DNA of 64,000 nt from Auanema rhodensis (lineage: Eukaryota > Animalia > Nematoda). Within the stretch, counting starts at the first letter, position 1. The number at the start of each line of letters is the position of its first letter. Made by a program: the position numbers and the translations under genes. Of this stretch, positions 41,362 through 55,200 are shown piece by piece. Where the stretch lies: contig OZ059896.1 in the NCBI GenBank assembly GCA_964057225.1, positions 496,001-560,000 on the forward strand, read 5' to 3'. The notes beneath the pieces are model-generated. The model did not search any database and had not been told where the DNA came from. It was given only the letters and a program-made list of their open reading frames with translations.

Positions 41362-44300
41362 CGTAAATTTCAAAGTCATGGTTACCATGAACCAATATCA
41401 ATAAAAATTTGTTTTTAGACTAATATGGACATGGGGAATCTAATTTTGAAAACCGCATCTCTTTATCTTTCACGTGAAGCGAGTTACATACCAAGTGCAC
41501 ATCACGTGTACATTTAATTAGCATAAATTAAAGTTCACGTAAATTTCAAAGTCATGGTTACCATGAACCAATATCAATAAAAATTTGTTTTTAGACTAAT
41601 ATGGACATGGGGAATCTAATTTTGAAAACCGCATCTCTTTATCTTACACGTGAAGCGAGTTACATACCAAGTGCACATCACGTGTACATTTAATTAGCAA
41701 AAATTAAAGTTCACGTAAAATTCAAAGTCATGGTTACCATGCACCAATATCAATAAAAATTTGTTTTTAGACTAATATGGACATGGGGAATCTAATTTTG
41801 AAAACCGCATCTCTTTAACTTTCACGTGAAGCGAGTTACATACCAAGTGCACATCACGTGTACATTTAATTAGCATAAATTAAAGTTCACGTAAATTTCA
41901 AAGTCATGGTTACCATGAACCAATATCAATAAAAATTTGTTTTTAGACTAATATGGACATGGGGAATCTAATTTTGAAAACCGCATCTCTTTATCTTTCA
42001 CGTGAAGCGAGTTACATACCAAGTGCACATCACGTGTACATTTAATTAGCATAAATTAAAGTTCACGTAAATTTCAAAGTCATGGTTACCATGAACCAAT
42101 ATCAATAAAAATTTGTTTTTAGACTAATATGGACATGGGGAATCTAATTTTGAAAACCGCATCTCTTTATCTTTCACGTGAAGCGAGTTACATACCAAGT
42201 GCACATCACGTGTACATTTAATTAGCATAAATTAAAGTTCACGTAAAATTCAAAGTCATGGTTACCATGCACCAATATCAATAAAAATTTGTTTTTAGAC
42301 TAATATGGACATGGGGAATCTAATTTTGAAAACCGCATCTCTTTAACTTTCACGTGAAGCGAGTTACATACCAAGTGCACATCACGTGTACATTTAATTA
42401 GCATAAATTAAAGTTCACGTAAATTTCAAAGTCATGGTTACCATGAACCAATATCAATAAAAATTTGTTTTTAGACTAATATGGACATGGGGAATCTAAT
42501 TTTGGAAACCGCATCTCTTTATCTTTCACGTGAAGCGAGTTACATACCAAGTGCACATCACGTGTACATTTAATTAGCATAAATTAAAGTTCACGTAAAT
42601 TTCAAAGTCATGGTTACCATGAACCAATATCAATAAAAATTTGTTTTTAGACTAATATGGACATGGGGAATCTAATTTTGAAAACCGCATCTCTTTATCT
42701 TTCACGTGAAGCGAGTTACATACCAAGTGCACATCACGTGTACATTTAATTAGCATAAATTAAAGTTCACGTAAATTTCAAAGTCATGGTTACCATGAAC
42801 CAATATCAATAAAAATTTGTTTTTAGACTAATATGGACATGGGGAATCTAATTTTGAAAACCGCATCTCTTTATCTTTCACGTGAAGCGAGTTACATACC
42901 AAGTGCACATCACGTGTACATTTAATTAGCATAAATTAAAGTTCACGTAAATTTCAAAGTCATGGTTACCATGAACCAATATCAATAAAAATTTGTTTGT
43001 AGACTAATATGGACATGGGGAATCTAATTTTGAAAACCGCATCTCTTTATCTTTCACGTGAAGCGAGTTACATACCAAGTGCACATCACGTGTACATTTA
43101 ATTAGCATAAATTAAAGTTCACGTAAATTTCAAAGTCATGGTTACCATGCACCAATATCAATAAAAATTTGTTTTTAGACTAATATGGACATGGGTAATC
43201 TAATTTTGAAAACCGCATCTCTTTATCTTTCACGTGAAGCGAGTTACATACCAAGAGCACATCACGTGTACATTTAATTAGCATAAATTAAAGTTCACGT
43301 AAATTTCAAAGTCATGGTTACCATGCACCAATATCAATAAAAATTTGTTTTTAGACTAATATGGACATGGGGAATCTAATTTTGAAAACCGCATCTCTTT
43401 ATCTTTCACGTGAAGCGAGTTACATACCAAGTGCACATCACGTGTACATTTAATTAGCATAAATTAAAGTTCACGTAAATTTCAAAGTCATGGTTACCAT
43501 GAACCAATATCAATAAAAATTTGTTTTTAGACTAATATGGACATGGGGAATCTAATTTTGAAAACCGCATCTCTTTATCTTTCACGTGAAGCGAGTTACA
43601 TACCAAGTGCACATCACGTGTACATTTAATTAGCATAAATTAAAGTTCACGTAAAATTCAAAGTCATGGTTACCATGCACCAATATCAATAAAAATTTGT
43701 TTTTAGACTAATATGGACATGGAGAATCTAATTTTGAAAACCGCATCTCTTTATCTTTCACGTGAAGCGAGTTACATACCAAGTGCACATCACGTGTACA
43801 TTTAATTAGCATAAATTAAAGTTCACGTAAATTTCAAAGTCATGGTTACCATGCACCAATATCAATAAAAATTTGTTTTTAGACTAATATGGACATGGGG
43901 AATATAATTTTGAAAACCGCATCTCTTTATCTTTCACGTGAAGCGAGTTACATACCAAGTGCACATCACGTGTACATTTAATTAGCATAAATTAAAGTTC
44001 ACGTAAATTTCAAAGTCATGGTTACCATGCACCAATATCAATAAAAATTTGTTTTTAGACTAATATGGACATGGGGAATCTAATTTTGAAAACCGCATCT
44101 CTTTAACTTTCACGTGAAGCGAGTTACATACCAAGTGCACATCACGTGTACATTTAATTAGCATAAATTAAAGTTCACGTAAATTTCAAAGTCATGGTTA
44201 CCATGAACCAATATCAATAAAAATTTGTTTTTAGACTAATATGGACATGGGGAATCTAATTTTGAAAACCGCATCTCTTTATCTTTCACGTGAAGCGAGT

Positions 44301-47300
44301 TACATACCAAGTGCACATCACGTGTACATTTAATTAGCATAAATTAAAGTTCACGTAAATTTCAAAGTCATGGTTACCATGAACCAATATCAATAAAAAT
44401 TTGTTTTTAGACTAATATGGACATGGGGAATCTAATTTTGAAAACCGCATCTCTTTATCTTTCACGTGAAACGAGTTACATACCAAGAGCACATCACGTG
44501 TACATTTAATTAGCATAAATTAAAGTTCACGTAAATTTCAAAGTCATGGTTACCATGCACCAATATTTATAAAAATTTGTTTTTAGACTAATATGGACAT
44601 GGGGAATCTAATTTTGAAAACCGCATCTCTTTATCTTACACGTGAAGCGAGTTACATACCAAGTGCACATCACGTGTACATTTAATTAGCATAAATTAAA
44701 GTTCACGTAAATTTCAAAGTCATGGTTACCATGAACCAATATCAATAAAAATTTGTTTTTAGACTAATATGGACAGGGGGAATCTAATTTTGAAAACCGC
44801 ATCTCTTCATCTTTCACGTGAAGCGAGTTACATACCAAATGCACATCACGTGTACATTTAATTAGCATAAATTAAAGTTCACGTAAATTTCAAAGTCATG
44901 GTTACCATGAACCAATATCAATAAAAATTTGTTTTTAGACTAATATGGACATGAGGAATCTAATTTTGAAAACCGCATCTCTTCATCTTTCACGTGAAGC
45001 GAGTTACATACCAAGTGCACATCACGTGTACATTTAATTAGCATAAATTAAAGTTCACGTAAATTTCAAAGTCATGGTTACCATGCACCAATATCAATAA
45101 AAATTTGTTTTTAGACTAATATAGACATGGGGAATCTAATTTTGAAAACCGCATCTCTTTATCTTTCACGTGAAGCGAGTTACATACCAAGTGCACATCA
45201 CGTGTACATTTAATTAGCATAAATTAAAGTTCACGTAAATTTCAAAGTCATGGTTACCATGAAGCAATACCAATAAAAATTTGTTTTTAGACTAATATGG
45301 ACATGGGGAATCTAATTTTGAAAACCGCATCTCTTTATCTTTCACGTGAAGCGAGTTACATACCAAGTGCACATCACGTGTACATTTAATTAGCATAAAT
45401 TAAAGTTCACGTAAAATTCAAAGTCATGGTTACCATGCACCAATATCAATAAAAATTTGTTTTTAGACTAATATGGACATGGGGAATCTAATTTTGAAAA
45501 CCGCATCTCTTTATCTTTTACGTGAAGCGAGTTACATACCAAGTGCACATCACGTGTACATTTAATTAGCATAAATTAAAGTTCACGTAAATTTCAAAGT
45601 CATGGTTACCATGAAGCAATATCAATAAAAATTTGTTTTTAGACTAATATGGACATGGGGAATCTAATCTTGAAAACCGCATCTCTTTATCTTTCACTTG
45701 AAGCGAGTTACATACCAAGTGCACATCACGTGTACATTTAATTAGCATAAATTAAAGTTCACGTAAAATTCAAAGTCATGGTTACCATGCACCAATATCA
45801 ATAAAAATTTGTTTTTAGACTAATATGGACATGGGGAATCTAATTTTGGAAACCGCATCTCTTTATCTTTTACGTGAAGCGAGTTACATACCAAGTGCAC
45901 ATCACGTGTACATTTAATTAGCATAAATTAAAGTTCACGTAAATTTCAAAGTCATGGTTACCATGAACCAATATCAATAAAAATTTGTTTTCAGACTAAT
46001 ATGGACATGGGGAATCTAATTTTGAAAACCGCATCTCTTTATCTTTCACGTGAAGCGAGTTACATACCAAGTGCACATCACGTGTACATTTAATTAGCAT
46101 AAATTAAAGTTCACGTAAATTTCAAAGTCATGGTTACCATGAACCAATATCAATAAAAATTTGTTTTTAGACTAATATGGACATGGGGAATCTAATTTTG
46201 AAAACCGCATCTCTTTATCTTTCACGTGAAGCGAGTTACATACCAAGTGCACATCACGTGTACATTTAATTAGCATAAATTAAAGTTCACGTAAATTTCA
46301 AAGTCATGGTTACCATGCACCAATATCAATAAAAATTTGTTTTTAGACTAATATGGACATGGGGGATCTAATTTTGAAAACCGCATCTCTTTATCTTTCA
46401 CGTGAAGCGAGTTACATACCAAGTGCACATCACGTGTACATTTAATTAGCATAAATTAAAGTTCACGTAAATTTCAAAGTCATGGTTACCATGCACCAAT
46501 ATCAATAAAAATTTGTTTTTAGACTAATATGGACATGGGGAATCTAATTTTGAAAACCGCATCTCTTTATCTTTCACGTGAAGCGAGTTACATACCAAGT
46601 GCACATCACGTGTACATTTAATTAGCATAAATTAAAGTTCACGTAAATTTCAAAGTCATGGTTACCATGAACCAATATCAATAAAAATTTGTTTTTAGAC
46701 TAATATGGACATGGGGAATCTAATTTTGAAAACCGCATCTCTTTATCTTTCACGTGAAGCGAGTTACATACCAAGTGCACATCACGTGTACATTTAATTA
46801 GCATAAATTAAAGTTCACGTAAATTTCAAAGTCATGGTTACCATGAACCAATATCAATAAAAATTTGTTTTTAGACTAATATGGACATGGGGAATCTAAC
46901 TTTGAAAACCGCATCTCTTTATCTTTCACGTGAAGCGAGTTACATACCAAGTGCACATCACGTGTACATTTAATTAGCATAAATTAAAGTTCACGTAAAT
47001 TTCAAAGTCATGGTTACCATGAACCAATATCAATAAAAATTTGTTTTTAGACTAATATGGACATGGGGAATCTAATTTTGAAAACCGCATCTCTTTATCT
47101 TTCACGTGAAGCGAGTTACATACCAAGTGCACATCACGTGTACATTTAATTAGCATAAATTAAAGTTCACGTAAATTTCAAAGTCGTGGTTACCATGCAC
47201 CAATATCAATAAAAATTCGTTTTTAGACTAATATGGACATGGGGAATCTAATTTTGAAAACCGCATCTCTTTATCTTTCACGTGAAGCGAGTTACATACC

Positions 47301-48401
47301 AAGTGCACATCACGTGTACATTTAATTAGCATAAATTAAAGTTCACGTAAATTTCAAAGTCATGGTTACCATGAACCAATATCAATAAAAATTTGTTTTT
47401 AGACTAATATGGACATGGGGAATCTAATTTTGAAAACCGCATCTCTTTATCTTTCACGTGAAGCGAGTTACATACCAAGTGCACATCACGTGTACATTTA
47501 ATTAGCATAAATTAAAGTTCACGTAAATTTCAAAGTCATGGTTACCATGCACCAATATCAATAAAAATTTGTTTTTAGACTAATATGGACATGGGGGATC
47601 TAATTTTGAAAACCGCATCTCTTTATCTTTCACGTGAAGCGAGTTACATACCAAGTGCACATCACGTGTACATTTAATTAGCATAAATTAAAGTTCACGT
47701 AAATTTCAAAGTCATGGTTACCATGCACCAATATCAATAAAAAATTGTTTTTAGACTAATATGGACATGGGGAATCTAATTTTGAAAACCGCATCTCTTC
47801 ATCTTTCACGTGAAGCGAGTTACATACCAAGTGCACATCACGTGTACATTTAATTAGCATAAATTAAAGTTCACGTAAATTTCAAAGTCATGGTTACCAT
47901 GAACCAATATCAATAAAAATTTGTTTTTAGACTAATATGGACATGAGGAATCTAATTTTGAAAACCGCATCTCTTCATCTTTCACGTGAAGCGAGTTACA
48001 TACCAAGTGCACATCACGTGTACATTTAATTAGCATAAATTAAAGTTCACGTAAATTTCAAAGTCATGGTTACCATGCACCAATATCAATAAAAATTTGT
48101 TTTTAGACTAATATAGACATGGGGAATCTAATTTTGAAAACCGCATCTCTTTATCTTTCACGTGAAGCGAGTTACATACCAAGTGCACATCACGTGTACA
48201 TTTAATTAGCATAAATTAAAGTTCACGTAAATTTCAAAGTCATGGTTACCATGAAGCAATACCAATAAAAATTTGTTTTTAGACTAATATGGACATGGGG
48301 AATCTAATTTTGAAAACCGCATCTCTTTATCTTTCACGTGAAGCGAGTTACATACCAAGAGCACATCACGTGTACATTTAATTAGCATAAATTAAAGTTC
48401 A

Positions 48402-51400
48402 CGTAAATTTCAAAGTCATGGTTACCATGCACCAATATTTATAAAAATTTGTTTTTAGACTAATATGGACATGGGGAATCTAATTTTGAAAACCGCATCT
48501 TTTTATCTTTGACGTGAAGCGAGTTACATACCAAGTGCACATCACGTGTACATTTAATTAGCATAAATTAAAGTTCACGTAAATTTTAAAGTCATGGTTG
48601 CCATGCACCAATATCAATAAAAATTTGTTTTTAGACTAATATGGACATGGGGAATCTAATTTTGAAAACCGCATCTCTTTATCTTTCACGTGAAGCGAGT
48701 TACATACCAAGTGCACATCACGTCTACATTTAATTAGCATAAATTAAAGTTCACGTAAATTTCAAAGTCATGGTTGCCATGCACCAATATCAATAAAAAT
48801 TTGTTTTTAGACTAATATGGACATGGGGAATCTAATTTTGAAAACCGCATCTCTTTATCTTTGACGTGAAGCGAGTTACATACCAAGTGCACATCACGTG
48901 TACACTTAATAAGCAGAAATTAAAGTTCACGTAAATTTCAAAGTCATGGTTACCATGCATCAATATCAATAAAAATTTGTTTTTAGACTAATATGGACAT
49001 GAAGAATCTAATTTTGAAAACCGCATCTCTTTATCTTTCACGTGAAGCGAGTTACATACCAAGTGCACATCATGTGTACACTTAATTAGCATAAATTAAA
49101 GTTCACGTAAATTTGAAAGTCATGGTTACCATCCACCAATATCAACAAAAATTTGTTTTTAGACTAATATGGACATGGGGAATCTAATTTTGAAAACCGC
49201 ATCTCTTTATCTTTGACGTGAAGCGAGTTACATACCAAGTGCACATCACGTGTACACTTAATAAGCAGAAATTAAAGTTCACGTAAATTTCAAAGTCATG
49301 GTTACCATGCATCAATATCAATAAAAATTCGTTTTTAGACTAATATGGACATGAGGAATCTAATTTTGAAAACCGCATCTTTTTATCTTTGACGTGAAGC
49401 GAGTTACATACCAAGTGCACATCACGTGTACATTTAATTAGCATAAATTAAAGTTCACGTAAATTTCAAAGTCATGGTTACCATGAACCAATATCAATAA
49501 AAATTTGTTTTTAGACTAATATGGACATGGGGAATCTAATTTTGAAAACCGCATCTCTTTAACTTTCACGTGAAGCGAGTTACATACCAAGTGCACATCA
49601 CGTGTACATTTAATTAGCATAAATTAAAGTTCACGTAAATTTCAAAGTCATGGTTACCATGAACCAATATCAATTAAAATTTGTTTTTAGACTAATATGG
49701 ACATGGGGAATCTAATTTTGAAAACCGCATCTCTTTATCTTTGACGTGAAGCGAGTTACATACCAAGTGCACATCACGTGTACACTTAATAAGCAGAAAT
49801 TAAAGTTCACGTAAATTTCAAAGTCATGGTTACCATGCACCAATATCAATAAAAATTTGTTTTTAGACTAATATGGACATGTGGAATCTAATTTTGAAAA
49901 CCCCATCTCTTTATCTTTGACTTGAAGCGAGTTACATACCAAGTGCACATCACGTGTACACTTAATTAGCATAAATTAAAGTTCACGTAAATTTTAAAGT
50001 CATGGTTGCCATGCACCAATATCAATAAAAATTTGTTTTTAGACTAATATGGACATGGGGAATCTAATTTTGAAAACCGCATCTCTTTAACTTTCACGTG
50101 AAGCGAGTTACATACCAAGTGCACATCACGTGTACATTTAATTAGCATAAATTAAAGTTCACGTAAATTTCAAAGTCATGGTTACCATGAACCAATATCA
50201 ATAAAAATTTGTTTTTAGACTAATATGGACATGGGGAATCTAATTTTGAAAACCGCATCTCTTTAACTTTCACGTGAAGCGAGTTACATACCAAGTGCAC
50301 ATCACGTGTACATTTAATTAGCATAAATTAAAGTTCACGTAAATTTCAAAGTCATGGTTACCATGAACCAATATCAATAAAAATTTGTTTTTAGACTAAT
50401 ATGGACATGGGGAATCTAATTTTGAAAACCGCATCTCTTTATCTTTGACGTGAAGCGAGTTACATACCAAGTGCACATCACGTGTACACTTAATAAGCAG
50501 AAATTAAAGTTCACGTAAATTTCAAAGTCATGGTTACCATGCACCAATATCAATAAAAATTTGTTTTTAGACTAATATGGACATGTGGAATCTAATTTTG
50601 AAAACCCCATCTCTTTATCTTTGACTTGAAGCGAGTTACATACCAAGTGCACATCACGTGTACACTTAATTAGCATAAATTAAAGTTCACGTAAATTTTA
50701 AAGTCATGGTTGCCATGCACCAATATCAATAAAAATTTGTTTTTAGACTAATATGGACATGCGAAATCTAATTTTGAAAACCGCATCTCTTTATCTTTCA
50801 CGTGAAGCGAGTTACATACCAAGTGCACATCATGTGTACACTTAATTAGCATAAATTAAAGTTCACGTAAATTTCAAAGTCATGGTTACCATGAACCAAT
50901 ATCAATAAAAATTTGTTTTTAGACTAATATGGACATGGGGAATCTAATTTTGAAAACCGCATCTCTTTATCTTTGACGTGAAGCGAGTTACATACCAAGT
51001 GCACATCACGTGTACACTTAATAAGCAGAAATTAAAGTTCACGTAAATTTCAAAGTCATGGTTACCATGCACCAATATCAATAAAAATTTGTTTTTAGAC
51101 TAATATGGACATGTGGAATCTAATTTTGAAAACCCCATCTCTTTATCTTTGACTTGAAGCGAGTTACATACCAAGTGCACATCACGTGTACACTTAATTA
51201 GCATAAATTAAAGTTCACGTAAATTTTAAAGTCATGGTTGCCATGCACCAATATCAATAAAAATTTGTTTTTAGACTAATATGGACATGCGAAATCTAAT
51301 TTTGAAAACCGCATCTCTTTATCTTTCACGTGAAGCGAGTTACATACCAAGTGCACATCATGTGTACACTTAATTAGCATAAATTAAAGTTCACGTAAAT

Positions 51401-52273
51401 TTGAAAGTCATGGTTACCATCCACCAATATCAACAAAAATTTGTTTTTAGACTAATATGGACATGGGGAATCTAATTTTGAAAACCGCATCTCTTTATCT
51501 TTGACGTGAAGCGAGTTACATACCAAGTGCACATCACGTGTACACTTAATAAGCAGAAATTAAAGTTCACGTAAATTTCAAAGTCATGGTTACCATGCAT
51601 CAATATCAATAAAAATTTGTTTTTAGACTAATATGGACATGAAGAATCTAATTTTGAAAACCGCATCTCTTTATCTTTCACGTGAAGCGAGTTACATACC
51701 AAGTGCACATCATGTGTACACTTAATTAGCATAAATTAAAGTTCACGTAAATTTGAAAGTCATGGTTACCATCCACCAATATCAACAAAAATTTGTTTTT
51801 AGACTAATATGGACATGGGGAATCTAATTTTGAAAACCGCATCTCTTTATCTTTGACGTGAAGCGAGTTACATACCAAGTGCACATCACGTGTACACTTA
51901 ATAAGCAGAAATTAAAGTTCACGTAAATTTCAAAGTCATGGTTACCATGCATCAATATCAATAAAAATTCGTTTTTAGACTAATATGGACATGAGGAATC
52001 TAATTTTGAAAACCGCATCTTTTTATCTTTGACGTGAAGCGAGTTACATACCAAGTGCACATCACGTGTACATTTAATTAGCATAAATTAAAGTTCACGT
52101 AAATTTTAAAGTCATGGTTGCCATGCACCAATATCAATAAAAATTTGTTTTTAGACTAATATGGACATGGGGAATCTAATTTTGAAAACCGCATCTCTTT
52201 AACTTTCACGTGAAGCGAGTTACATACCAAGTGCACATCACGTGTACATTTAATTAGCATAAATTAAAGTTCA
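48402..52273. repeat. Diverged satellite subfamily block with short 2-mer and 3-mer higher-order repeats
   Basis: Block-specific alleles include ttgacgt, cacttaataagcaga, gttgcc, aatttta, gtgg+acccc+gactt, gcgaa, catgtg and atccacc+caac. Up to 7 substitutions per monomer (e.g. the unit at 49106). Confidence 0.92.
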
Positions 52274-55200
52274 CGTAAATTTCAAAGTCATGGTTACCAT
52301 GAACCAATATCAATTAAAATTTGTTTTTAGACTAATATGGACATGGGGAATCTAATTTTGAAAACCGCATCTCTTTATCTTTCACGTGAAGCGAGTTACA
52401 TACCAAGTGCACATCACGTGTACATTTAATTAGCATAAATTAAAGTTCACGTAAATTTCAAAGTCATGGTTACCATGAACCAATATCAATAAAAATTTGT
52501 TTTTAGACTAATATGGACATGGGAAATCTAATTTTGAAAACCGCATCTCTTTATCTTTCACGTGAAGCGAGTTACATACCAAGTGCACATCACGTGTACA
52601 TTTAATTAGCATAAATTAAAGTTCACGTAAATTTCAAAGTCGTGGTTACCATGCACCAATATCAATAAAAATTCGTTTTTAGACTAATATGGACATGGGG
52701 AATCTAATTTTGAAAACCGCATCTCTTTATCTTTCACGTGAAGCGAGTTACATACCAAGTGCACATCACGTGTACATTTAATTAGCATAAATTAAAGTTC
52801 ACGTAAATTTCAAAGTCATGGTTACCATGCACCAATATCAATAAAAATTTGTTTTTAGACTAATATGGACATGGGGAATCTAATTTTGAAAACCGCATCT
52901 CTTTATCTTTCACGTGAAGCGAGTTACATACCAAGTGCACATCACGTGTACATTTAATTAGCATAAATTAATGTTCACGTAAATTTCAAAGTCATGGTTA
53001 CCATGAACCAATATCAATAAAAATTTGTTTTTAGACTAATATGGACATGGGCAATTTAATTTTGAAAACCGCATCTCTTTATCTTTCACGTGAAGCGAGT
53101 TACATACCAAGTGCACATCACGTGTACATTTAATTAGCATAAATTAAAGTTCACGTAAATTTCAAAGTCACGGTTACCATGCACCAATATCAATAAAAAT
53201 TTGTTTTTAGACTAATATGGACATGGGGAATCTAATTTTGAAAACCGTATCTCTTTATCTTTCACGTGAAGCGAGTTACATACCAAGTGCACATCACGTG
53301 TACATTTAATTAGCATAAATTAAAGTTCACGTAAATTTCAAAGTCATGGTTACCATGAACCAATATCAATAAAAATTTGTTTTTAGACTAATATGGACAT
53401 GGGCAATCTAATTTTGAAAACCGCATCTCTTTATCTTTCACGTGAAGCGAGTTACATACCAAGTGCACATCACGTGTACATTTAATTAGCATAAATTAAA
53501 GTTCACGTAAATTTCAAAGTCATGGTTACCATGCACCAATATCAATAAAAATTTGTTTTTAGACTAATATGGACATGAGGAATCTAATTTTGAAAACCGC
53601 ATCTCTTTATCTTTCACGTGAAGCGAGTTACATACCGAGTGCACATCACGCGTACATTTAATTAGCATAAATTAAAGTTCACGTAAATTTCAAAGTCATG
53701 GTTACCATGCACCAATATCAATAAAAATTTGTTTTTAGACTAATATGGACATGGGGAATCTAATTTTGAAAACCGCATCTCTTCATCTTTCACGTGAAGC
53801 GAGTTACATACCAAGTGCACATCACGTGTACATTTAATTAGCATAAATTAAAGTTCACGTAAATTTCAAAGTCATGGTTACCATGAACCAATATCAATTA
53901 AAGTTTGTTTTTAGACTAATATGGACATGGGGAATCTAATTTTGAAAACCGCATCTCTTTATCTTTCACGTGAAGCGAGTTACATACCAAGTGCACATCA
54001 CGTGTACATTTAATTAGCATAAATTAAAGTTCACGTAAATTTCAAAGTCATGGTTACCATGAACCAATATCAATAAAAATTTGTTTTTAGACTAATATGG
54101 ACATGGGGAATCTAATTTTGAAAACCGCATCTCTTTATCTTTGACGTGAAGCGAGTTACATACCAAGTGCACATCACGTGTACACTTAATAAGCAGAAAT
54201 TAAAGTTCACGTAAATTTCAAAGTCATGGTTACCATGCACCAATATCAATAAAAATTTGTTTTTAGACTAATATGGACATGTGGAATCTAATTTTGAAAA
54301 CCCCATCTCTTTATCTTTGACTTGAAGCGAGTTACATACCAAGTGCACATCACGTGTACATTTAATTAGCATAAATTAAAGTTCACGTAAATTTCAAAGT
54401 CATGGTTACCATGTACCAATATCAATTAAAATTTGTTTTTAGACTAATATGGACATGGGCAATCTAATTTTGAAAACCGCATCTCTTTATCTTTCACGTG
54501 AAGCGAGTTACATACCAAGTGCACATCACGTGTACATTTAATTAGCATAAATTAAAGTTCACGTAAATTTCAAAGTCATGGTTACCATGCACCAATATCA
54601 ATAAAAATTTGTTTTTAGACTAATATGGACATGGGGAATCTAATTTTGAAAACCGCATCTCTTTATCTTTCACGTGAAGCGAGTTACATACCAAGTGCAC
54701 ATCACGTGTACATTTAATTAGCATAAATTAAAGTTCACGTAAATTTCAAAGTCATGGTTACCATGCACCAGTATCAATGAAAATTTGTTTTTAGACTAAT
54801 ATGGACATGGGGAATCTAATTTTGAAAACCGCATCTCTTTATCTTTCACGTGAAGCGAGTTACATACCAAGTGCACATCACGTGTACATTTAATTAGCAT
54901 AAATTAAAGTTCACGTAAATTTCAAAGTCATGGTTACCATGAACCAATATCAATTAAAATTTGTTTTTAGACTAATATGGACATGGGCAATCTAATTTTG
55001 AAAACCGCATCTCTTTATCTTTCACGTGAAGCGAGTTACATACCAAGTGCACATCACGTGTACATTTAATTAGCATAAATTAAAGTTCACGTAAATTTCA
55101 AAGTCATGGTTACCATGCACCAATATCAATAAAAATTTGTTTTTAGACTAATATGGACATGGGGAATCTAATTTTGAAAATCGCATCTCTTCATCTTTCA

